From: Aquabacterium sp.
Lineage (GTDB): Bacteria; Pseudomonadota; Gammaproteobacteria; Burkholderiales; Burkholderiaceae_C
Assembly: GCF_036279675.1 (NCBI RefSeq)
Contig: NZ_DASUIS010000150.1
Span: 1,877 to 65,876, forward strand
DNA length: 64,000 nt
Direction: 5' to 3'
This document shows positions 56,923 through 64,000 of the stretch, one piece after another (the stretch's first letter is position 1; each line of letters opens with the position of its first letter). The position numbers and the translations under genes were made by a program. Under the pieces are notes generated by a model. It was not told the origin of the DNA. It saw only the letters and a list, made by a program, of their open reading frames with translations, and made no database searches.

Positions 56923-57013
56923 GGCGCAGAAATGACAAAGCGCCCGGTCACGAGGGTGGCCGGGCGTGTGATCCAGATTCAGTCGTGCATTTTAGGTGGG
57001 CGACAATCCCCCC

Positions 57014-57766
57014 ATGTCACTCACGATTGCTTCTCACGAATTCAAAGCACGTTGTTACGCCCTTGTCCCATGTGCGGGGGTAGGGGAGCGGGCGGGCGTT
57101 GGCGGCCCCAAGCAGTATCACCCCGTGGCGGGGCAGGCTGTGGTGGCGCACACGCTGGCGGCCCTGGGTGCCGTGGCACGCATCGAGGCCACACTGGTGG
57201 TGCTGTCACCTGATGACGCCGTGTTCGGCCAACACGTGCCCGGCTTCGAGGGTGCCAAGGGCTGGGTGGCGCGTGTGGGCGGGGCCTCACGTGCCGAAAG
57301 CGTGGCCAATGGCCTCAACGAGTTGCTGGTGCGGGGCGCGCAGCCCCATGACTGGGTGCTGGTGCACGATGCGGCCCGCTGCCTGATCCAGCCCGATTGG
57401 GTCGATCGCCTGATTGACGCCTGCGAAGACGATGAGGTGGGGGGCTTGCTGGCCTTGCCCTTGGCTGACACCTTGAAGTCGGCGGCCGTGGGTGATCAGG
57501 GCGAGGCCCGGGTTCAAGGCACCGTGGACCGTGCAGGCAAGTGGGCCGCGCAGACGCCGCAGATGTTCCGCCTGGGCCTGTTGCGGCCAGCCTTGTTGTT
57601 GGCCCTGTCGGATCCGGCAACGGCTGCCGCCATCACCGATGAGGCCAGCGCCGTCGAGATCCTGGGGCATCAACCCAGGCTGATCCCGGGGGCGTATGAC
57701 AACTTCAAGGTCACTTGGCCGGGCGATTTCGCTTTGGCCGAACGCTTGCTGTCGACGCGTCCTTGA
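57014..57766 (+). CDS. ispD: 2-C-methyl-D-erythritol 4-phosphate cytidylyltransferase
   Basis: ALVPCAGVGERAGVGGPKQY.., VLVHDAARC.., QTPQMF.., and NFKVTWPGDFALAE. ATG 57014 is preferred over the GTG at 56996. Confidence 0.9.
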   Translation: MSLTIASHEFKARCYALVPCAGVGERAGVGGPKQYHPVAGQAVVAHTLAALGAVARIEATLVVLSPDDAVFGQHVPGFEGAKGWVARVGGASRAESVANGLNELLVRGAQPHDWVLVHDAARCLIQPDWVDRLIDACEDDEVGGLLALPLADTLKSAAVGDQGEARVQGTVDRAGKWAAQTPQMFRLGLLRPALLLALSDPATAAAITDEASAVEILGHQPRLIPGAYDNFKVTWPGDFALAERLLSTRP

Positions 57767-58550
57767 ATGCCTCGGTGTCGGGCACCGTCTGCGCGTCTGA
57801 TTGCAGCTTGAGGGCCGCCATCACCACGGGTTTGGCCCATTCCGGCGTGGCCATCAAGGCTTGAGCCGAAGCGGGCACCAGCACGCTGGCCTGGACCTTG
57901 CGCGCGCCTGTGGCCTGACCTTGAACCCAGTGCAGCACGAGCCTGGGTTTCGGGGCCTTGCCTTGATGCGGGTCGGCTTCGTCGCTGTTGTCGTAGACGC
58001 GCAGTTCAGCCAGATGCGGCAACAGCTCGATCAACTGCAGGCGGCTTTGATCGAAGCGCCGACGGATATCGGCTTCGGGGATATCGTGCCCACCCTTTTT
58101 GACGCGTGCCTTGACGCGTGCCAGGTGGTGTTCCGGGCTGGCCAACCCCACATACCAGATGCGGACTTCAAAGCCACCGGCGGCCGCCTGCTTGAGCAAG
58201 GCGGCAAAGCTCTTGCCGCCCAGCGTGGTCTCGAAGTTGTAGTCCAGGCCCTTGGCAATGGCATGTTGCAGCAGGCGCTTGCCTTCGTGCCAGGCCGCGC
58301 TGTTGGCCTGCGTGGCACTCAGGTGTGGTTGGGCCTGGCGAATGCGGGCCGCGGCTTCATCCGGGTTGAAGTACTCCCCGCCGCGTGACCGGATGGTGGC
58401 GCCGCCAATGCTGCTCTTGCCTGCGCCATTGGTGCCGGCCAGAACAAAAAGTCGGGGAACGTGGGCAGTTTTGGCCACGGGCTGTCTCTCTGAGTTTGTA
58501 TGTGGTTGTCCCGCACCGTGCTTGAAAGCGATGCGCAGACCTGCGCCCAT
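57711..58550 (-). CDS. zeta-toxin-like P-loop kinase/ATPase (COG4185 type), putative toxin
   Basis: RLFVLAGTNGAGKSS (Walker A), NFETTLGG, and RVKARVKKGGHDIPEADIRRRF..RVYDNS. Start is uncertain: 58550, or GTG at 58478. The last 56 nt overlap the 3' end of convergent ispD. Confidence 0.75.
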   Translation of the reverse strand: MGAGLRIAFKHGAGQPHTNSERQPVAKTAHVPRLFVLAGTNGAGKSSIGGATIRSRGGEYFNPDEAAARIRQAQPHLSATQANSAAWHEGKRLLQHAIAKGLDYNFETTLGGKSFAALLKQAAAGGFEVRIWYVGLASPEHHLARVKARVKKGGHDIPEADIRRRFDQSRLQLIELLPHLAELRVYDNSDEADPHQGKAPKPRLVLHWVQGQATGARKVQASVLVPASAQALMATPEWAKPVVMAALKLQSDAQTVPDTEAFKDASTASVRPKRNRPAK

Positions 58551-58599
58551 CGTGACGAGGGCTGTCAGTGATGATCAACTGACCGTGGTGGACCGTGCT

Positions 58600-58968
58600 T
58601 CAGCTGTGGCGTGAGGCGGCACGTGCAGGCTTGGCTGCCGCCACGGCGGCCTGGCCCAGTTCGGCCGGATCGGCATCAAACGCATCCATCATGGCATCGC
58701 GTGAGGCGGGAGCCTGCATGCGTTGCAGCAGGGCATCAAACTCGTGGCTGAGCGTGTCCAGCGGTTTGGCTTGCGCACCCAGCAGGGCCTGATACGCATC
58801 CAGGGACAGCACCACAGCCGTGGTGCGATCCCGTTTGGTGATGGCCACCATGCCCTGGCTGGACGCGGCATCCAGCACGCGGCCAAAACTGTTTTTGGCT
58901 TCAGTGGCTGAAAACTCGGTCACCGGGACATCCTCGCCACGAGGATTACGCAAAGTTAGCGCGGTCAT
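58600..58968 (-). CDS. Phd/YefM-family antitoxin
   Basis: 122 aa from Met 58968. VPVTEFSATEAKNSFGRVLDAASSQGMVAITKRDRTTAVVLSLDAYQAL is the Phd/YefM N-domain, followed by an acidic, disordered C-tail. It lies directly upstream of the zeta-like gene. Confidence 0.75.
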   Translation of the reverse strand: MTALTLRNPRGEDVPVTEFSATEAKNSFGRVLDAASSQGMVAITKRDRTTAVVLSLDAYQALLGAQAKPLDTLSHEFDALLQRMQAPASRDAMMDAFDADPAELGQAAVAAAKPARAASRHS

Positions 58969-59102
58969 GATTGCCTCTGTTTCGATGCTGATGGCCATTT
59001 TAGCCATTTCGGCCAATATGTCCAGTTCGTGAGCATGATCGCGCCATGAAAAAAGCCCGGCTGGGGGCCGGGCTTGCGTGCAAAAGGGTCGTGGTTGTCC
59101 GA

Positions 59103-60305
59103 TTACCAGGAGACTTCCTGTTCCGGCGTGGCCTTGATGCGGTGCAGGGACAGGTCGGCGCCTTCGTATTCTTCCTCGTGCGACAGGCGCAAGCCCATCA
59201 CCTTGTTCAGGATGCCGTAGACCAGCACACCGGTCACCAGCGCCAGCGCCAACACGCACAGGGTGCCCACGATCTGGGCACCCATGTTGACGCCGCCTGC
59301 GCCACCCAGTGCCGTCTGGCCAAAGATGCCGGCTGCGATGCCGCCCCAGGTGCCGCACAGACCGTGCAGGGGCCAGACACCCAGCACGTCGTCGATCTTC
59401 CACTTGTTCTGGACCAGGGTGAACATGATCACGAAGATAGCGCCGGCAATCGCACCCACCACCAGCGCGCCGGCGGGGTGCATGATGTCCGAGCCAGCGC
59501 AGACGGCCACCAGGCCAGCGAGGGGGCCGTTGTAGGCAAAGCCGGGGTCATTCTTGCCCATCAGCACGGCCACCAGGGTGCCGCCCACCAGGGCCATCAG
59601 CGAGTTCACGGCCACCAGGCCGGAGATCTTGTCGATCGTCTGGGCGCTCATCACATTGAAGCCGAACCAGCCCACCGCCAGGATCCAGGAACCCAAAGCG
59701 AGGAAGGGGATGCTCGAAGGCGGGTGAGCCGACATGGCGCCATCCTTGCGGTAGCGGTTGCGGCGGGCCCCCAGGATCAGCACGGCAGGCAGGGCGATCC
59801 AGCCACCAAAGGCGTGAACCACCACGGAGCCGGCGAAGTCATGCAACTGGCCGCCGGTCAGGTTCTGCAGCCAATCCTCGAAGCCGAACTTGTTGTTCCA
59901 CACGGCGCCTTCGCACAGGGGGTAGAACACGCCCACGATCACCGCCGTGGCGATCAGTTGAGGGCCGAACTTGGCGCGCTCGGCAATGCCGCCCGAGATG
60001 ATGGCGGGGATGGCCGCCGCAAAGGTCAGCAGGAAGAAGAACTTGACCAGGGCATAACCGTTGTTCTGAGCCAGGGTGCCTGCACCCACGAAAAAGTCGA
60101 CGCCATAAGCGATCGTGTAGCCCACGAAGAAGTAGACGAGGGTCGATACGCAGAAATCCACCAGGATCTTGACCAGGGCGTTCACCTGGTTCTTGCCACG
60201 CACGGTGCCGAGTTCAAGAAAGGCGAAGCCCGCGTGCATCGCCAGCACCATCACGGCGCCCAGAAGGATAAACAGCGCATCCGCGCCTTGTTTGAGTTGG
60301 TCCAT
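59103..60305 (-). CDS. amtB: ammonium transporter
   Basis: 400 aa from Met 60305. MDQLKQGADALFILLGAVMVLAMHAGFAFLELG.., DFAGSVVVHAFGGW.., and GVWPLHGLCGTWGGIAAG are Amt signatures. Confidence 0.95.
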   Translation of the reverse strand: MDQLKQGADALFILLGAVMVLAMHAGFAFLELGTVRGKNQVNALVKILVDFCVSTLVYFFVGYTIAYGVDFFVGAGTLAQNNGYALVKFFFLLTFAAAIPAIISGGIAERAKFGPQLIATAVIVGVFYPLCEGAVWNNKFGFEDWLQNLTGGQLHDFAGSVVVHAFGGWIALPAVLILGARRNRYRKDGAMSAHPPSSIPFLALGSWILAVGWFGFNVMSAQTIDKISGLVAVNSLMALVGGTLVAVLMGKNDPGFAYNGPLAGLVAVCAGSDIMHPAGALVVGAIAGAIFVIMFTLVQNKWKIDDVLGVWPLHGLCGTWGGIAAGIFGQTALGGAGGVNMGAQIVGTLCVLALALVTGVLVYGILNKVMGLRLSHEEEYEGADLSLHRIKATPEQEVSW

Positions 60306-60386
60306 TCTTTGACTTTCAAAAAGAACACGACGCCGCACCGAAATGAATCGCATGCTGCGTCCTGGGTCAATACGCACCATAAGTAA

Positions 60387-60401
60387 GCAATATGCGTGCC
60401 T
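60387..60401 (-). promoter_or_regulatory. sigma54 (-24/-12) promoter for amtB
   Basis: The minus strand reads AGGCAC-GCATA-TTGC, against consensus TGGCAC-N5-TTGC. It lies 82-96 nt upstream of the amtB ATG. Confidence 0.6.
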
Positions 60402-60428
60402 GAATTTGGGGCGGTTTGGTTTGATTTC

Positions 60429-60510
60429 GTGCATCCACAGTGCAATGTGGTGCGCAAACTTGGTGCCTGGCGCCACTGGTGCGAATGTTGCCGAACCATG
60501 TTGGTGCATT
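60429..60510 (-). promoter_or_regulatory. possible NtrC enhancer (cluster of TGCNC / GGTGC half-sites)
   Basis: TGCGCAAACTTGGTGCC (60451-60467) fits TGCAC-N7-GTGCA at 8 of 10 positions. Additional GGTGC(G/A) half-sites occur near 60477 and 60503, and TGCA-N7-TGCA at 60430-60444. Confidence 0.35.
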
Positions 60511-60625
60511 CATGGCGAGGCGGGCAGCCCCCTCAAGGCCTGACGCCAGCAGGACTGGCGCATGGGCGCGCTTCATTCCGCAGGACAATACGGGCTGCGT
60601 CATTCACATTTGAAGCGTCACCAAC

Positions 60626-61114
60626 ATGTCCTTGCCAGTCATTCGCGTCGGAGAGGGGTGGGATACCCATGCCCTGGTCACAGGTCGTCCATTGATCCTG
60701 GGCGGCGTCACCATTCCTCACACGCACGGTTTGCTCGGGCACTCGGATGCCGATGCCTTGCTGCACGCCATCACGGACGCGTTGTTGGGCGCGGCAGGCA
60801 TGGGCGACATCGGCCGGCACTTCCCGGATACCGACCCGCAGTTCAAGGGCGCCGATTCCATCGTGCTGCTCAAGGAGGCCGCGCGGCGCGTGATGGCCGA
60901 GGGCTGGCAGATTGGCAATGTGGACACCACCATCGTGGCCCAGGCGCCCAAGATGGCGCCTCACATTCCGCTGATGCGCGAGCGTATTGCGCAGGCCCTG
61001 GATCTGGCGCCTGATGCCGTGAATGTGAAGGCCAAGACGGCCGAGAAGATGGGCCCGGTAGGAGAGGGGCGTGCCATCGAGGCACGCGCCGTCTGCCTGT
61101 TGCTCAAGCCCTGA
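60626..61114 (+). CDS. ispF: 2-C-methyl-D-erythritol 2,4-cyclodiphosphate synthase
   Basis: 162 aa. [12 protein letters not shown].., [34 protein letters not shown], and IVAQAPKM are typical of IspF. Confidence 0.95.
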   Translation: MSLPVIRVGEGWDTHALVTGRPLILGGVTIPHTHGLLGHSDADALLHAITDALLGAAGMGDIGRHFPDTDPQFKGADSIVLLKEAARRVMAEGWQIGNVDTTIVAQAPKMAPHIPLMRERIAQALDLAPDAVNVKAKTAEKMGPVGEGRAIEARAVCLLLKP

Positions 61115-62443
61115 TCAGGGCGCGCGCTTGAGCTTGATGTGCGCAACCAGGCCACCGCCCGGTGCGTTGGCGATCTCGAAACCGCCACCCATGCGCTGCA
61201 ATGCCTTCTCCACGATGGCCAGGCCGAGGCCGGCACCTGTGGCAGCCGTACGCGCCGCATCACCCCGGAAGAAGGGCGTGGTCAGCTGAGACAGCTTTTC
61301 CGCCGCCACGCCCGGGCCATGGTCCCGCACGCTGAGGATCACCCACGAGCCTGAGCGCGTGTAGCTCACGTCCACATTGGTCACGCCTGTGTAGGTGTTG
61401 CGGCCATAACGGCGCGCATTCTCGAACAGGTTGGTCAGCACGCGGCTGAGTTCGGTTTCGTCTGCCATCACCTTGGTGTCGATGGGCAGCTTGGCCGTGA
61501 TGCGGATGCGCTTGGTGTCGCGGAACTGGCTGATCGATTTGTCCACCACCGACGACACATGCACCGGCATCAGTTCGACATTGCCCGGGCGGGCGTAGTC
61601 CATGAACTTGTCGATGATGGCGTCGAGCTGGTCGATGTCGGCGGCGATGTTGCGCTTGGCCTCTTCGTCCACCACGCTCATCTCGGCCTCCAGGCGCAGG
61701 CGGGCCAGTGGCGTGCGCAGGTCATGCGAAATGCCGGCCAGCATCACCGCGCGGTCTTCGTCGACCTTGGCCAACTCGCGCGCCATGCGGTTGAAGCCCT
61801 GGTTCACCTCGCGGATCTCGCGGGTGATCATGGATTCATCCAGCACCGAGTCGTACTCGCCCTCGCGTATTCGGCTGGCGGCAAACGACAGCTCCTTGAG
61901 CGGCTGGTTGATCAGGCGCGCGATCACGGCCGAACCCAGCATGGTCGCGATCAGCGCGATGCCCACCCAGATGAACCACGTTCGCCCGGTCATGGGCGCG
62001 ACGCGGTTGCCATCCGCCTGCAGCCAGTAGTTGTCCTTCTCGATCTGGAAGCCCACCCACAGGCCTTGTACGCCGTTGACGCTGCTGGCCACGATCGTGG
62101 TCGGCCCCAGGCGAGAGCGCAGCTCTTTCCCGATCGCCTGCGTGAAGCGGTTGACTTCGAATGGCTCGTAGCGGTCGGACGGCTCGTGCGGCTTGAGCGC
62201 GATCGATTCCTGATCGAAGAGGGTCTTGATCAGGGTGACGCGGTTGATGCTGTCGGCATAGCGCAGTGCCGCCCGCGACAGGTTCACCAGGCTGGCGATC
62301 TGTTGTGCGGCTTGCACCGAGCGGGGCTCGAACTCCAGCGCCTTGAAGGTCTGCACCCACGCGACGATACCGGCGGTGAGCAGCAGACCCAGCAGGATGA
62401 ACGTCCGCCAGAACAGACTGAGGGCGAAACGCTTTCTAGGCAT
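61115..62443 (-). CDS. envZ: EnvZ-like osmosensor histidine kinase
   Basis: Two TM segments, a HAMP domain, the H-box GISHDLRTPLARLRL, and N/G boxes (LFENARRYG, DHGPGV, GAGLGLAIV). It lies 3 nt downstream of ompR. Confidence 0.85.
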   Translation of the reverse strand: MPRKRFALSLFWRTFILLGLLLTAGIVAWVQTFKALEFEPRSVQAAQQIASLVNLSRAALRYADSINRVTLIKTLFDQESIALKPHEPSDRYEPFEVNRFTQAIGKELRSRLGPTTIVASSVNGVQGLWVGFQIEKDNYWLQADGNRVAPMTGRTWFIWVGIALIATMLGSAVIARLINQPLKELSFAASRIREGEYDSVLDESMITREIREVNQGFNRMARELAKVDEDRAVMLAGISHDLRTPLARLRLEAEMSVVDEEAKRNIAADIDQLDAIIDKFMDYARPGNVELMPVHVSSVVDKSISQFRDTKRIRITAKLPIDTKVMADETELSRVLTNLFENARRYGRNTYTGVTNVDVSYTRSGSWVILSVRDHGPGVAAEKLSQLTTPFFRGDAARTAATGAGLGLAIVEKALQRMGGGFEIANAPGGGLVAHIKLKRAP

Positions 62444-62446
62444 TCA

Positions 62447-63184
62447 TCAAGCCCCACCATCCGGCACGAACACATAACCTACACCCCAGACGGTCTGGAT
62501 GTAGCGAGGTTGTGCCGGATCGGGCTCGATCATCTTGCGCAGACGCGAGATCTGCACGTCAAGGCTGCGGTCAAACGGTTCGAATTCGCGGCCACGTGCC
62601 AACTGAGCCAGCTTGTCGCGCGACAGGGGCTGGCGCGGGTGGCGCACCAGGGCCTTGAGCATCGAGAACTCGCCGGTGGTCAGGGAGATGGGCTCGCCTT
62701 CCTTGCTCAGACGGCGCAGGGCCAGGTCGAACTCGAAGGGGCCGAACTGCACGGTCTGGGCTTCCTTGGCGGGGGCGCCAGGGGCTTCCTGGGCCGGGCG
62801 ACGGCGCAGCACCGCATGGATGCGGGCCAGCAGTTCGCGCGGGTTGAACGGCTTGGGCAGGTAGTCGTCGGCGCCCACTTCCAGGCCCACGATGCGGTCC
62901 ACATCCTCGACCTTGGCAGTCAGCATGATGATGGGGGTGACGTCATTGGCGGCACGCAGGCGGCGGCAGATCGAGAGGCCGTCTTCGCCAGGCAGCATCA
63001 GGTCCAGCACGATCAGATCGACGGTTTCACGCGTCAGCAGGCGGTTGAGCGCCTTGGCATCTTCGGCCAGCAGGACTTCGAAACCCTCCTGGCTCAGGTA
63101 GCGGCGCAGCAGATCGCGGATGCGCGCATCGTCATCGACCACGAGCACGCGGTCGGGACGCTGGTTGGGAGTCGTAGAGGTCAT
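62447..63184 (-). CDS. ompR: OmpR-family response regulator
   Basis: VLVVDDDARIRDLL..LIVLDLMLPGEDG (receiver domain) plus a winged-helix C-terminus (IQTVWGVGYVF). ATG 63184 is preferred over 63202. Confidence 0.9.
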   Translation of the reverse strand: MTSTTPNQRPDRVLVVDDDARIRDLLRRYLSQEGFEVLLAEDAKALNRLLTRETVDLIVLDLMLPGEDGLSICRRLRAANDVTPIIMLTAKVEDVDRIVGLEVGADDYLPKPFNPRELLARIHAVLRRRPAQEAPGAPAKEAQTVQFGPFEFDLALRRLSKEGEPISLTTGEFSMLKALVRHPRQPLSRDKLAQLARGREFEPFDRSLDVQISRLRKMIEPDPAQPRYIQTVWGVGYVFVPDGGA

Positions 63185-63402
63185 CTCTGCATTCCTCGGC
63201 ATTTGTAACAGACGCGGATTGTGCGCAGTTTATGCGCACGAAAACCGGTGCGCTGACCAGCTGTTACAAATATTGCGACCGTATGAACACCTCGTCAAGC
63301 CCTTTGCGTGGTGTGGATCTTTGTCGTCGTCGAACCGTCGATGTGCGTTAAGTTGAGGTGCCCGCCATCTCGGCTGGGTGCCACTTAGAAAGAAGGTCAT
63401 TG

Positions 63403-64000
63403 ATGCGACAAGCGTTTTCGTCCCGTTCCGGTCTGTCCCGCACCTTGAGGGGATCCTTGCTGGCCAGTGCGCTGGCCATGGGCGCTTGCGCCGTGCATGC
63501 CGAGGCAGAAGCGCAGCAGAACGTGGTTCGTTTCTCCGCTGGCGTCACGCAGGAGGTCACGCAGGATCTGCTGATCGTCACCCTGCAGGCGACGCGAGAA
63601 GGCAGCCAGGCGGCCGACGTGCAGGCTGGCTTGAAGCAGGCGATGGAAGCGGCGTTGGCCGAGGCACGCAAGTCGGCGCACCCGCAAGGCATGGAGGTGC
63701 GCACCGGTACGTTTTCGGTGCAGCCCCGTTACAACAATTCGGGGCGCGTGAACGGCTGGCAAGGTTTTGCGCAACTGATCCTGGAGGGAACGGATGTGGC
63801 CCGCATCACCCAGACCACCGGGCGCATCAACCAGCTCAATGTGATCAACGTCAGTTATGGCCTGTCGCGCGCCTTGCGCGAGCAGTACGAGTCAACGCTG
63901 ACCAGTCAGGCGATTGCCCGCTTCAAGACACGCGCCTCGCAGATCGCGACAGACTTCGGCATGAAGGGCTACACCCTGGGTGATGTGACGGTTTCGTCGA
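63403..64000 (+). CDS. SIMPL-domain (DUF541/YggE-like) periplasmic protein, 3'-truncated by window edge
   Basis: The frame stays open to the window end, so it is not in the track. Own translation from ATG 63403 gives MRQAFSSRSGLSRTLRGSLLASALAMGACAVHA (signal), then VVRFSAGVTQEVTQDLLIVTLQATREG..VRTGTFSVQPRY.., the SIMPL pattern. Confidence 0.7.
   Translation, partial: MRQAFSSRSGLSRTLRGSLLASALAMGACAVHAEAEAQQNVVRFSAGVTQEVTQDLLIVTLQATREGSQAADVQAGLKQAMEAALAEARKSAHPQGMEVRTGTFSVQPRYNNSGRVNGWQGFAQLILEGTDVARITQTTGRINQLNVINVSYGLSRALREQYESTLTSQAIARFKTRASQIATDFGMKGYTLGDVTVSS

Noticed and set aside
63378-63983. 201-aa plus-strand track ORF at the right edge
   Set aside because: Wrong frame. The overlapping frame from ATG 63403 gives a signal peptide and a SIMPL-domain pattern and stays open to the window end.
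1-64000. Scan for tRNA, rRNA, CRISPR arrays, transposases, integrases and phage genes
   Set aside because: None was recognised by eye in the intergenic regions or the ORF translations. A tRNAscan/Infernal run would be needed to exclude small RNAs formally.

Overview
High-GC (~65%) chromosomal segment whose gene content and order look betaproteobacterial, probably Burkholderiales; that placement is inference, since no search was run. Left part (1-19.2 kb): envelope and housekeeping genes (amiC partial, tsaE, queG, a lytic transglycosylase, a quinone oxidoreductase, ypfJ), the NAD de novo genes nadB and nadA-nadC, and two ArnT-like GT39 genes. It also holds a flippase-like/GT2/GT39/PAP2 envelope-glycosylation operon that runs without a break, via an ATGA stop/start overlap, into nadA-nadC. 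Middle (19.3-48.4 kb): a ~29 kb exopolysaccharide (EPS) locus. Its core resembles the PEP-CTERM/exosortase-A-associated EPS module: export lipoprotein, chain-length determinant, BY-kinase-like ATPase, beta-barrel OMP, ExeA-like ATPase, and an EpsB-type priming transferase. No exosortase, EpsI or PEP-CTERM substrate gene is present. The ExeA-like ATPase is fused to a UDP-GlcNAc 2-epimerase. The rest of the locus is a Wzx/Wzy-type accessory region with five glycosyltransferase-like genes, four separate O-acyltransferase systems, two deacetylase-like genes, and a (Pro-Ala)34-tethered beta-helix lipoprotein. Several patches have lower GC. Right part (48.5-64 kb): rraA, serB, tfoX, an FAD protein, a TPR-methyltransferase, mfd, ispD, ispF, envZ-ompR and a partial SIMPL gene. 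A Phd/YefM-zeta toxin-antitoxin pair and a sigma54-driven amtB lie between ispD and ispF. I recognised no rRNA, tRNA, CRISPR, transposase or integrase genes. Most long track ORFs that lie antisense or out of frame to the called genes are GC-driven shadow ORFs. All family assignments come from motif reading and memory, not from database searches.
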